Shown one piece after another: positions 34,977 to 44,445 of a stretch of 64,000 bases of DNA (position 1 is the first letter of the stretch; each line of letters opens with the position of its first letter). The DNA is from Bacillota bacterium (GTDB lineage: Bacteria; Bacillota; Sulfobacillia; JAJZYS01; JAJYTV01), in assembly GCA_021847575.1 (NCBI GenBank), contig JAJZQO010000003.1, positions 14,411-78,410 on the forward strand, written 5' to 3'. The position numbers and the translations under genes were made by a program. The notes under the pieces were generated by a model. That model saw only the letters and a list, made by a program, of their open reading frames with translations, searched no databases and had not been told where the DNA came from.

Positions 34977-36431
34977 TCAGGTGGAGCGTGCCGGGGCGGC
35001 CTTGCCGCGCAGGGCCGACAGCACCGCAGCGACGAGCGACAGGATGGTCGACAGGGTAAACGCCTCGCCAAGGCCATGGGAAAATGCTGCGGAGCCCTTC
35101 GCAGCCCCATTTGCAGACATACCTGCGAGGAAGCCGGAAAGGTGGCCACCGCCCATCGTGGTGGACAGGATGGTGAAGGAGAGGGCGAGCGAGAAAAGCT
35201 GCCCCGCGTTGAACAGCAGGGTACGGGTACTGGCCGCGACGCCTCGGCGGTCCGGGGGCACGGCGCCCATTACGGCGCTTGTGTTCGGCGAATTGAAAAG
35301 ACCGTTGCCGATACCGGCGAGCAGCAGTGCGCAGGCGATGGGCAGGTAGGGGCCCGCCAAAGGAATGCGGGCGAGCATGGCGAGCGCGACGGCTGTCACG
35401 AGCAACCCGCCCGAGGACAGTTCGCGCGAGCCGAGCCGGTCCGAGAGGCGGCCCGAGATCGGCCCGACGACCATCATGGAGATGGTCAGGGGCAGCATCA
35501 GCAGGCCCGCGGTCAGAGGCGAGGCCCCGCGGAGCCCCTGGAAAGAGAATGTCATGAGAAACATGAGGGCGCCGCGTGCGAGCGCGTTCAAAAACAGAGA
35601 GGCGTTGCCGAAGGTGAAGATGCGCAGGGCGAACAACCGCAGGTCTATGAGCGGACTTCGCGCCCGGCGCTCGTAGAGGACGAAGGTCACAAGCGCCAGG
35701 CCACCCGCCGCGAGCAACCAGGGCACCGCCGGTCCCCCACCCTCGATGACGAAAGTCAGGCCGAGCAGCACGAGAAGGAGGCCTCCGACGAAGAACACCA
35801 TGCCGTAGGTGTCGAATGGCTCCCCCATATCGATCGAGGCGATCTCGTGCAGGGATGTGAAGGTCCAGATGGCGCCAAAGGCACCGATCGGCAGGTTGAC
35901 GAAGAAGATCCAGCGCCAGCCGAGAGCTGCTGTGATGAGGCCGCCCAGGAGCTACCCGCCTACGCTGCCGCTCAGTGCCGAGACCTGATTGATGCCCAGG
36001 GCGAATCCTCGGCCCTTGTCCGGGAACGCGTCTGTCAGGATCGCCATGGAGTTGGACCAGAGCAGGGCGGCTCCAACCCCTTGGATCAGCCGGCTGACAA
36101 GTAGGAAGACACCGTCCGTGGCGAAGCCGCAGAGTCCGGATGCCGCCGTGAAGACGATAAAGCCGATGCCGTACAGGCGGACGCGACCGTGCGTATCAGC
36201 GAGTCGCCCGAACGGCAGGAGCAGAGCGGTGATCACGACCGTATAGCCCATCATGATCCAGAGCATGAGACCTACGCCCGTATGCAGTTCGCGGGCGATG
36301 GTCGGCAAGCTTACGGTGAGGATCGACCCGTCAAGAGAAGCCATGAGTGAGCCGATCGTCGTGTTGATGAGCACAGTCTTCTGATGGCGCGCCTGCGCCG
36401 ATACGGCAGAGAAGGAACTGTTTTGGCGCAA
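34977..36431 (-). pseudogene. MFS (DHA2/EmrB-QacA-like, 14-TM) transporter interrupted by one in-frame TAG
   Basis: Track ORFs 35952..36659 (N-terminal half, LDGSILTVSLPTIAREL ... ALSGSVGG*) and 34977..35828 (C-terminal half) are in the same frame. The codons between them read LLGGLITAALGWRWIFFVNLPIGAFG, the conserved motif after TM6. TAG lies at 35952-35954. The likely start is TTG 36431, after GGGAGG. Confidence 0.7.
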
Positions 36432-36874
36432 GAGGCCGCCTCCCAAGATTCCTACCCAATCCAACTTATCGGAACGGGCCGCAATCTCCTGCCTGCCTTT
36501 CCGGGGGAGTACCGCAGCCAGCGACCGTCCTTCCGGTCCGCCGACCGACTCGACGAAGGTCAAGCGAAGCGCCATGGTGCTATGGCAGTTGGTCGATGGT
36601 CGCAACCGACCACAACAACGGACACCCGTGGCCGCGATGGCGCTGGCGGGGAGAACCATGGGACGCTCCCTCGGTCAGCCCACGTACCCCGGCATGCCGA
36701 GCCGATCACGCCTGACCGGGGAGCTCCTCATCGCCTTGGCACAGCCGCCTGTGCCGCCGTCGAAGTGCGACCCGATGCGAGGTCTCGAATCCGGATGCTC
36801 CAGCGCCACGCGAAGGGGCGTACAGGGGCGCCGTGAGCACCCTGCACGCCCCTTCGCGGCGAGACTTGGCGGGG

Positions 36875-37822
36875 CTACCGGTTCACGCTTGCCGAGAGCC
36901 GCCTGCTGCGCGCGATGCTGACATCACCGGTCATGGTGCGGATCTTGAGCGAAACCAGAGGGGATGCCGCATCCGACTCGTCCACCGCCGGCTCCGCAGC
37001 GAGGGGAATACGCGAGCGCAGGTCGCCGGTGCGGGTCTCGGTATCCACCGACACCCTGGATCCCGGCGAGACCCCGATCTGCACGTCACCCGACATGGTT
37101 TCGATGTCCAACTTGCCTTCGCGCACGGACTCGACTTCCACGTCGCCCGATCGGGATGCGATGCGGCATTCGCCGCGAGCCTCCCGTAGCGTCAAGTCCC
37201 CTGACGCTGTGGCCGCATCGAGCGTTCCGGCCAGGCTGCCGACCTGTATGTCGCCCGATGCCGTATGGAGCCGCGCCTCGCGTTCGCTGGCACCGACTTC
37301 GATGTCGCCGGACTCCGACTCGAGTATCAGCTGTCCCGACGCCAGGCGTACCGAGATGTCGCCTTTGGCGGTACGGATCTTGAGGCTGCCGTCCGCCTGC
37401 GCGACCGCGACGTCGCCGCTGACGGTGGCGGCCGACGCGTCGCCCGACGCATGGTCGACCTCGATGTCGCCGGAAGCGGTCTGGAGCTTGCCGCCACGGA
37501 AGCGCCCCTGCGCGAACAGGTCCGCCGAAGCGCCCGTCAACTCGAGATAGGCATCCTCGGGAACGCCCACATGAACCTCCACCTCATGATTGCCCGGCCA
37601 AGACCGGCCTTCGGGAGCGGGGACGTCGACGGTAACGCGGTACTCGCCCGACTCTTCTTTGCAGTCGATGCGGGTGAGCGCCGCACGCTCCTCCGCCCTG
37701 CGGTCCAGCGCCCGCACCTGCACCTCTGTTGTGGCCGAACTGCGCGCGACAACACTGATCGCCCCGATTGCGTTCCTGGCGACCAGACGCACGGCACCTG
37801 GGGTGTCGAACTGGCGCATCAC
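36875..37822 (-). CDS. DUF4097 beta-helical repeat protein
   Basis: About 10 repeats of the x-SGD[IV]x[VL] type (ASGDIEV, VSGDVAV, AKGDISV, ESGDIEV, ASGDIQV, ASGDLTL, RSGDVEV, MSGDVQI, RTGDLRS). Confidence 0.75.
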   Translation of the reverse strand: MMRQFDTPGAVRLVARNAIGAISVVARSSATTEVQVRALDRRAEERAALTRIDCKEESGEYRVTVDVPAPEGRSWPGNHEVEVHVGVPEDAYLELTGASADLFAQGRFRGGKLQTASGDIEVDHASGDASAATVSGDVAVAQADGSLKIRTAKGDISVRLASGQLILESESGDIEVGASEREARLHTASGDIQVGSLAGTLDAATASGDLTLREARGECRIASRSGDVEVESVREGKLDIETMSGDVQIGVSPGSRVSVDTETRTGDLRSRIPLAAEPAVDESDAASPLVSLKIRTMTGDVSIARSRRLSASVNR

Positions 37823-37852
37823 CCAACATCGCCTCCCATGATGAGGAACCTT

Positions 37853-38305
37853 TTACGCCTTGCCGTACCCGCGGAGCTGGCGGCCAACGTTGCGGGCACG
37901 GCGGCCCACGGCCTCCGAAAGTTGGCTCACGACCCACGCGTTGAGGGACATGCCGGAGGCTTCGGACGCGGCTTCCGCCTGCTCCTTCAGGCCCTGTGGC
38001 AAGCGGAGCGTGAGTCTTGCGAGTTCGCCCTCATCACCTGCCGGCACGACCGCCTGGGTCTCTCGCTCGATGAACACGAGCTCCAGGCTATCTGCTGAAG
38101 CGAGGCGCACCTCCACCCGCCCGGATGGCAACGCTTTGGACAGTTCGGCCGACAGGACCGTGAGCAGCGCTAGGAGACGCACCGAGACAACGCTTGCCGT
38201 GACGGGCGCTAGGCGGGTCAGCCGCGCTGCTAGGTCGGAGTCGATCGCCTGGACCGTCGCCACCAATCCGTCCAGCAGTTCCTGCGTCATAGTTGACAGT
38301 TCCAT
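37853..38305 (-). CDS. protein with C-terminal ribbon-helix-helix (HicB/CopG-like) segment
   Basis: The C-terminal segment ARLTLRLPQGLKEQAEAASEASGMSLNAWVVSQL follows the RHH pattern. It is co-oriented with, and 30 nt upstream of, the DUF4097 gene. Confidence 0.6.
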   Translation of the reverse strand: MELSTMTQELLDGLVATVQAIDSDLAARLTRLAPVTASVVSVRLLALLTVLSAELSKALPSGRVEVRLASADSLELVFIERETQAVVPAGDEGELARLTLRLPQGLKEQAEAASEASGMSLNAWVVSQLSEAVGRRARNVGRQLRGYGKA

Positions 38306-38309
38306 GGCG

Positions 38310-38328
38310 TCACAATGACATCACAATG
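38310..38328. promoter_or_regulatory. direct repeat TCACAATG-aca-TCACAATG just upstream of the RHH-protein start
   Basis: Two exact 8-mers with 11-bp periodicity, 5 nt from the ATG (38303-38305, minus strand). A role as an operator is inference only. Confidence 0.25.
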
Positions 38329-38630
38329 GCGAAAAAGCAAGTGGCGAAGGCATCGGGACACGCGCAGATACACCGCGAGGCCCCATGCCGCCGGCAGGGG
38401 AAGGGGCTCATGGCTGCGGATGTCCTGGATTTCGTAATGCACAATCGGGCGCAAGGGGGGCGAGAGGGGGGTGCGGAAACCGGCCCGCAGGCAAATGCAG
38501 ATTGTGCCGTTGCCGACTTGCCTTGCGGAACGTGGGCCTCGGGTGGGTCAGTTCCTAAAACGACGCCAGTGGGGTGCAACCCGGCGTTGACACTCGCGAC
38601 GGCGCGGAGTGCCGTGGCACCTGCTGGCAG

Positions 38631-38658
38631 CGGCTGGCGGCGACCTCGCCGCCAGCCG
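38631..38658. other. perfect 12-bp hairpin in a 0.5-kb ORF-poor gap
   Basis: CGGCTGGCGGCG-acct-CGCCGCCAGCCG. Confidence 0.5.
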
Positions 38659-38831
38659 ACCCGGCGCCCTGCCTGCTGCGACCGGGAGTCCGGATTGACC
38701 TGCTCCCGTGGCCGCCGGCCCCGGCGCCAGCAGCCCATGGGCATGCCGGTTCGGCCCAAGAGGCCTTCGGCTGGCCATAACTCAAGTGTGCGGGCGCGCG
38801 GTCTTCGTGACGTCCCTCCGCGGGGCTGCGC

Positions 38832-39995
38832 TCAGGCTTGCACAGGCTGCGGGGAGGCCTGCAGCTGTTCGCGCGTCGCCGCTACGGTGCCGAGATCGCG
38901 CGCGAGCGCTGCCACAGCGCGTTCAATGCGTCGTAGGTCCGATGTCCTGAGACGGGCCCGTTCCACGAGCCGCCAACGCAGGACGCCTGCTTCGTCCCTG
39001 CGGGCATCAAGCTCCGCCAAAAGATGCCCGTCCACCATTACCGGCATGCCATATGGCCCGACTTTCCGCTTGACGGCGGGCGTGTAGGCTTCCCACGTGT
39101 AGGAGAAGGCGAAGAGGTCTCGCAGGCGCTGGCGGTCCCATAGCAGGTTGTCGAGCGGGGAGAGAAGCTGCACGCCGCGGATGGGCGGGGGATCTGCGCA
39201 AAGCTCCGCGAACACCCTGGTGCAGAGGTAGCCGCGGTGAACCCCGGTGATCTCCAGTTCCTGCCATTCGCCGGCGGCACAAAGTTCCTGCACGAGCGCG
39301 CGCCGTGCCGCCCTCTCGCTCCTTGGGCTTCGGATCCAGCCGAGATAGGGATCGGACGGCAGGAAGATGCCCATGGTCCTGCCGTAGTGCAGGGCTGCCG
39401 CAAGGCGGGTGCGGGCGGGATCCGCGATCGTTTGCTCCCATTCGGGGAAGAGCCGCTCCGGCAGATCGTAGCGTCTCTCGCCGCGTCGACGACCGGTGAC
39501 AATCACTCGGCCCTCCTCGGAAAGGATGTCGAGGGCCATCGTCGTCGCCTTCATGCTTTTGGGGTCCTCATCCCAGAAACTCGCTACGCGATGCTCGCTC
39601 ACAAGTTCACGGCTGTAGCGCGGGCTCCGCTCAAGGGTTGCGAGGAGGCCACGCGCGATTTGCGTCAGCCCGCGCCCTTCGAGCAGATTCATGGCGCGAA
39701 TGCGATGGAACTCGGCAACCGCTGCGGGGAGGTCTTGGGCGGCGACAAGGCAGCGTTCCTTGATGCGCGCCTCAAGGACGCCACCTGTGCCAAGCGCCCG
39801 CGAAAGGACGGTTTCCGTTGTGGGGCCGCGTCGCAGGCGGACGGTCAGCAGGTGCGCCTGTGCCACCACGCGCATGGGGTCCATCTGGACCGCGCCGAGA
39901 TCGGCAACCGTCTGCGCAAAAGGCTGGCGTACGCGCCCGGAAAGGCCCAGGTATGCGACCAGGGCACGACGGACGGCCTGCGGGTGGGTACGCAT
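38832..39995 (-). CDS. winged-helix YcaQ/AlkZ-like (DUF1006) protein, putative DNA glycosylase family
   Basis: The C-terminal signature reads LLSPLDNLLWDRQRLRDLFAFSYTWEAYTPAVKRKVGPYGMPVMVDG. ATG 39995 follows GGGAG; the track ORF starts at 40070. Confidence 0.75.
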   Translation of the reverse strand: MRTHPQAVRRALVAYLGLSGRVRQPFAQTVADLGAVQMDPMRVVAQAHLLTVRLRRGPTTETVLSRALGTGGVLEARIKERCLVAAQDLPAAVAEFHRIRAMNLLEGRGLTQIARGLLATLERSPRYSRELVSEHRVASFWDEDPKSMKATTMALDILSEEGRVIVTGRRRGERRYDLPERLFPEWEQTIADPARTRLAAALHYGRTMGIFLPSDPYLGWIRSPRSERAARRALVQELCAAGEWQELEITGVHRGYLCTRVFAELCADPPPIRGVQLLSPLDNLLWDRQRLRDLFAFSYTWEAYTPAVKRKVGPYGMPVMVDGHLLAELDARRDEAGVLRWRLVERARLRTSDLRRIERAVAALARDLGTVAATREQLQASPQPVQA

Positions 39996-40317
39996 CGCTT
40001 CACTCCCGGCGCAGAGATTGCCGCTCCGCCCGACCGCAGGCGGAGGGGGATACATGCGTTCACAGCACAAATGTTCTTGATTCAGCCAGGGCCTCCTGCA
40101 AGTGGTCTCAGCTTCGTTGCGTGGTACCGTGCAGCCAGCGCGCCGGTGTCGCGGGTTCGGCGAGGGTCAGCACCTTGCCGCCACCAACTGCTTGGACGTG
40201 TGCCACAGTTCCACGGTAGTATACAGGCAATGCGGAGACCTTTCAGGGCGGGTCGAGTACGGGCCGCAGGCCAGTCCGCGGCTGACGCAGCATCCGTTGG
40301 GGGAGGAGTGACCCTTG

Positions 40318-40917
40318 ATGTCAGAAAGGCAAACGAACCCGAAGGTTGACGAGTTCATAAGGAGATCCAGGCAGTGGCAGGAAGAATACAAGCGACTGAG
40401 GGATATTGCTCTTGATTGCGAACTGAAAGAAGAGTTCAAGTGGATGCATCCCTGTTACACCTTTGAGGACAAGAATGTTGTCTTGGTTCATGGATTCAAG
40501 GAGTATTGCGCCATATTGTTTCCCAAAGGTGCGTTGCTGACAGACGCGCAGAGGATTCTCGTCCAGCAAACAGAAAATGTGCAGGCTGCCCGTCAGGTTA
40601 GGTTTAGGGGTATTGAAGAGATAGTCGGAATGGAAAAGGTTCTGAAGGACTATATCCTTGAGGCGATCGCAATCGAACAATCCGGCAGGCAAGTCGAACT
40701 CAAGAGAACGAGCGAGTACGCTGTTCCTGCAGAACTCCAGGAGAAATTTGACCAGATGCCAGATCTCAAGGTTGCTTTCCATGCCTTGACCCCGGGGCGG
40801 CAGAGAGCATACCTGCTGCATTTCTCGGCACCGAAACAGTCCAAGACCCGCACCGCAAGGGTTGAGAAGTCTGTGCAGCAGATTCTCGCAGGCAAGGGAT
40901 TGGACGATGCGCATTGA
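40318..40917 (+). CDS. YdeI/OmpD-associated family protein (DUF1801 N-terminal domain plus YdeI C-terminal domain)
   Basis: Contains KVDEFIRRSRQWQEEYKRLRDI and ALTPGRQRAYLLHFSAPKQSKTRTARVEK. The local GC content is clearly lower than in the flanks. Confidence 0.75.
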   Translation: MSERQTNPKVDEFIRRSRQWQEEYKRLRDIALDCELKEEFKWMHPCYTFEDKNVVLVHGFKEYCAILFPKGALLTDAQRILVQQTENVQAARQVRFRGIEEIVGMEKVLKDYILEAIAIEQSGRQVELKRTSEYAVPAELQEKFDQMPDLKVAFHALTPGRQRAYLLHFSAPKQSKTRTARVEKSVQQILAGKGLDDAH

Positions 40918-41111
40918 GCTGCTGCACCCGCGGCTGAGGGGTTAAGCCCCACGCCCCGAGATCGCCTGGAAAGGTCCTCCCTTTGCGGAGCAAATCATGG
41001 GGGAGAGCGGACCGAACGGCCGTCGAGCTCCACGCCAGCCCGTTAGGCAAGCGCGCGACCGGAATCGTCTGTCCGTCAAGGCCGCGCGGATCATAATGGG
41101 AGAGCGGCTGT

Positions 41112-42914
41112 TTACTCCACCGTTACGGACTTGGCGAGATTCCGCGGCTGATCGATGGGGCAGCCTCGCGCCTCCGCCACATCGACGGCGAGCAACTGCA
41201 GTGGCAGGGCCCCAAGCAGGTAGGCCCCGATACGCTCCTTCAGCGGCAGCGAAAGCTGAAGCGTTGCGCCCAGTTCGCTGCCTATCGCCACCCCGTAAGC
41301 ACCGCGAGCGGTCGCTTCGGCGAGTGAACTCCGAAGCTTTACGGCATGCCGCGGGTCCGTCGCGCAAACGATTACCGGCACACGCTGGTCAACGAGGGCC
41401 AGGGGCCCATGCTTCAATTCTCCCGCGGCGAATGCCTCGCTCCACACGTAGGAAAGCTCCTTGAGCTTCAGCGATCCTTCGCGCGCCAGACTGAGATCCT
41501 GGCCGCGCCCGAGGAAAATTACTCCCGGTGCGGCTGCGCAGGCGTCGATGAGGTCCTTCGGCAGTCTGAGCGCCGACAGGAAGTCTTCAGCCACCGTTGG
41601 TACGGCTCTCAGGGCTTGCAGATCGGCAGGGGGCAGCGGGCGCTGTCTTGCCTGGGCAAAAGCAGCGGTAAGCAGTTCCAGTGCGATCACCTGCGTGGTG
41701 AAGGCCTTGGTGGAAGCGACGGAGATCTCGAACCCTGCTCTGAGGTCGAAGACGTAGTCGCTCTCGCGCGCGATGGTCGACCCGGGCGCGTTGACTAGCG
41801 CGAGGACGTTCGCGCCCAGTTGTCTCGCATGACGCAGCGCGGCAAGGGTGTCGATGGTTTCGCCGGATTGGCTCACGGCAACGGCCAGCGTGCCCGGCTC
41901 GAGAAAGTTGCGGGTGTCGCGGAATTCACTCGCGAGTTCCGCCTGCGCGGGCAACGCCACGACGTCGGCAAGCCGCTCAACCGCCATCTGGCAGGCGTGC
42001 AGCGAAGAACCCATCGCGAGAAAGACAACGCGCTGCACCGCTCGCAGCAGATTTTCTTCGATCCCGTCCTGGCTCAGGTCGACTTGCCCCAATTCGTCAA
42101 GTCGTCCAGCCATTACGCGGCGCCAGGCGATAGGCTGCTCCATGAGTTCCTTGCGGTAGAACGTGCCGTGTTCGCCTGCGTCGGGCATTGCGCCGTCTCC
42201 CTCGATGGGATGCAGCGTCTTGGCGATGGGCTGCAGGTCTTCGAGCCGGAAGACCTCGATCTTGCCCGGACGGATGTCCGCGATCTCGCCGTCGTCGAGA
42301 TAGATGCACTCGCCGAGCCATGGCGCCAAGGCGATGGCTCCGGAGGCCACAAAGGCTTCGCTCTCCGTTGCGCCGATCGCGATCGGACTGGTGCGACGCA
42401 CCGCCACGAGACGATCGGGCTGGTGGACGTCCATCACCAGCAGCGCGTAGGCACCCTCGCAGCGCCGTGCGACGTCGCTCAACCGTGCCCGCAGGTCGCC
42501 TTTGCCATGCTCGAGCATATGGGCGACGAGCTCGGAATCGGTCTCGGAGCGCAGAATGTGGCCCTGGGACAGGAGTTCCAGCCGCAGGTCGTCCGCGTTT
42601 TCAATGATGCCGTTGTGCACGATGGCGATCTCGCCACTGCAGTCCGTGTGGGGATGCGCATTGTGGTCCGAGACGCCGCCGTGCGTCGCCCAGCGCGTAT
42701 GGCCGATACCCATGTGGCTCACGGGCGGCGGCGACTTCGCGAGCGCCTCCTCGAGAACGCGCAACGCGCCGGCCTTCCGCTGCAAGAAGATGGAACCGTC
42801 ATCAGCAAGTGCGATGCCCGCGGAGTCATAGCCGCGGTACTCGAGGCGCTTGAGTCCCCCGAGCAGTACCTCCGCCGCCGGTTTGGGCCCCACGTAGCCC
42901 ATGATCCCGCACAT
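41112..42914 (-). CDS. glmS: glutamine--fructose-6-phosphate aminotransferase
   Basis: Begins MCGIMGYVG (Cys nucleophile directly after Met), has two SIS domains, and ends with the tail AKSVTVE. Confidence 0.95.
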   Translation of the reverse strand: MCGIMGYVGPKPAAEVLLGGLKRLEYRGYDSAGIALADDGSIFLQRKAGALRVLEEALAKSPPPVSHMGIGHTRWATHGGVSDHNAHPHTDCSGEIAIVHNGIIENADDLRLELLSQGHILRSETDSELVAHMLEHGKGDLRARLSDVARRCEGAYALLVMDVHQPDRLVAVRRTSPIAIGATESEAFVASGAIALAPWLGECIYLDDGEIADIRPGKIEVFRLEDLQPIAKTLHPIEGDGAMPDAGEHGTFYRKELMEQPIAWRRVMAGRLDELGQVDLSQDGIEENLLRAVQRVVFLAMGSSLHACQMAVERLADVVALPAQAELASEFRDTRNFLEPGTLAVAVSQSGETIDTLAALRHARQLGANVLALVNAPGSTIARESDYVFDLRAGFEISVASTKAFTTQVIALELLTAAFAQARQRPLPPADLQALRAVPTVAEDFLSALRLPKDLIDACAAAPGVIFLGRGQDLSLAREGSLKLKELSYVWSEAFAAGELKHGPLALVDQRVPVIVCATDPRHAVKLRSSLAEATARGAYGVAIGSELGATLQLSLPLKERIGAYLLGALPLQLLAVDVAEARGCPIDQPRNLAKSVTVE

Positions 42915-42959
42915 AGACAAAAACACACCCCTTCATGCAGGTTGACGCGAAGCACGCGT

Positions 42960-43140
42960 GCAGGCCATGCAGAAAGAGGGGTGCGCTCATCGCGACCCTC
43001 ACCTGCCGACCCTTTTCCCCCAAGGGATCGCTCCCTGGCTTTGTGAGGTCTTTGACGGTCCAGGCGAACCGGGGGTCACCCGCCGAAAATTCCGAGATCC
43101 CCCACCTCGTCCACTCGCCTTGCGACGAGTGCTGGCGCTT
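42960..43140 (-). ncRNA. glmS ribozyme (GlcN6P-responsive self-cleaving leader)
   Basis: The minus strand reads A-AGCGCCAG-CACUCGUCGCAAGGCGAGUG-GACGAGG-UGGGGGAUCUCGGAAUUUUCGGCGGGUGACCCCCGG.... This matches the conserved core blocks AGCGCC, GACGAGG, UUUUCGGCGG and CCCGG, directly upstream of glmS. The 3' boundary is approximate. Confidence 0.85.
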
Positions 43141-43299
43141 GTATATTGTGCATGGCGATGCGTTGCGATGAGTCGCGCACGCTCACTGGACCGAGTGTCG
43201 CACGCGAGGGGTCGCCGCGCAAGTGCCGGTCGCTGGCTCGTGTGCTATACTGTACGCACTCGGATCGCGGAAGTGCCGCGGCCAAAGGGGCGAAAGCGC

Positions 43300-43494
43300 T
43301 TGGATATCCTATCGCCGATCCACCTCGTCATCATCCTGGCGCTCGCCCTGCTCCTCTTCGGGCCCAAGCGACTGCCTGAGATCGGACAGGGGCTTGGCAA
43401 GACCATTCGCGAGTTCCGGAAGGCCATGCAGGATGGTTCGGACGCTGCGGACAAACCCGCCGCGCCGCCTACCAAGGAGGAAGAACTGCGCTGA
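43300..43494 (+). CDS. tatA: twin-arginine translocase TatA/E
   Basis: 64 aa containing LVIILALALLLFGPKRLPEIGQGLGKTIREFRKA. TTG start. Confidence 0.8.
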   Translation: MDILSPIHLVIILALALLLFGPKRLPEIGQGLGKTIREFRKAMQDGSDAADKPAAPPTKEEELR

Positions 43495-43510
43495 TGCTCC
43501 TCCGGTCCCG

Positions 43511-44107
43511 ATGACGACCGGGCACCTGCGTGACCTTCTGTCTCTATATGGCTACCCTTTGCTGCTTCTCGTGAGCACGATCGAAGGCACCGGCATGCCG
43601 GGCCCGATCGAGCTGTTTTTCGTTGCTGCCGGCGTGCTGATCTCGCGGGGCGAGATGTCGTTTGCGCTGGTCTGGCTCGTTGTCACCTTAGGCAACGTTG
43701 CGGGCAACCTGATCGGCTACGGCGTCGGATGGATCGGCGGCCGGCCGTTGCTCAATCGGGTGGTGAAAAGCCTTCGTATACCGCCGCAGGCGATGCAGCG
43801 CGTAGAGGACTGGTTTCAACGTTATGGCCCCCTTGCCCAGGCTATCTCCCGCTGGATCGGTGTGACACGGACACCGGCGATCCTGAGCGCCGGCGTAATG
43901 CGTGCCCCAGTGCTGCCGTACCTGTTGGCCTCGTTCATCGGAGACGGGATCTGGGCTCTGTTCTGGTCCCTGCTGGGCATGGGCATCGGCAAAGGCCTCG
44001 CAAGCCTGGTCGAGCATCGCGCCCTGGTGATCGTCATAGCGGCGGTGGGAGCGGCATTGGTCGCTGCCGTTTGGTGGTGGATTGCCAAACGTCTGCGCGG
44101 CGCCTGA
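43511..44107 (+). CDS. DedA family membrane protein (second copy in window)
   Basis: Contains LLVSTIEGTGMPGPIE, GNLIGYGVGWIGG and RWIGVTRTPAILSAG. Confidence 0.8.
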   Translation: MTTGHLRDLLSLYGYPLLLLVSTIEGTGMPGPIELFFVAAGVLISRGEMSFALVWLVVTLGNVAGNLIGYGVGWIGGRPLLNRVVKSLRIPPQAMQRVEDWFQRYGPLAQAISRWIGVTRTPAILSAGVMRAPVLPYLLASFIGDGIWALFWSLLGMGIGKGLASLVEHRALVIVIAAVGAALVAAVWWWIAKRLRGA

Positions 44108-44295
44108 TGCGCATAAGCGCCAGAAAGCAACCTGCAGGCGTGGCGCAGCGGAGGTGCGGCCACGCCTGTCGCCGCTTCGACACCGTGCCGACGACGGGCG
44201 GACGGATGGAGTTTAGTGGGGGACAATCGGGTTTAATGTCTTGTCCTGCGTGACGGCTCCAGAGCATACTCGCCTCCTGCGGAGGCGATGGCGCG

Positions 44296-44445
44296 TTGAG
44301 GGTAACGGTCGGCAAGGACGGATCCGTCGAGATTCCCGCGGAGATTCGGGAAGCCTTGGGCATGACGCCCCGAACGTACTGCCGGATCCTGCAGCGCGGA
44401 GACAGCGTCATCCTGCAGCGACTCGAGGATGTCCACGTGCATTGC
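44296..44445 (+). other. SpoVT/AbrB-like domain coding segment with no stop of its own (runs in frame into groES)
   Basis: TTG 44296 follows GGAGG. The translation [44 protein letters not shown] fits the AbrB/MazE looped-hinge-helix pattern. The same frame stays open through the groES promoter and CIRCE (track ORF 44296..44811). Confidence 0.3.

Noticed and set aside
35952-35954. The in-frame TAG in the MFS transporter as a pyrrolysine or programmed read-through site.
   Set aside because: The window contains no pyl genes or PYLIS-like context. MFS transporters are not known Pyl proteins. A nonsense mutation or sequencing error is a far simpler explanation.
38520-38620. Cobalamin riboswitch-like segment (GCCAGTGG...GGTGCAACCCGGCG).
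   Set aside because: It matches the B12-box/core consensus only loosely. No downstream gene on that strand could be regulated by it.
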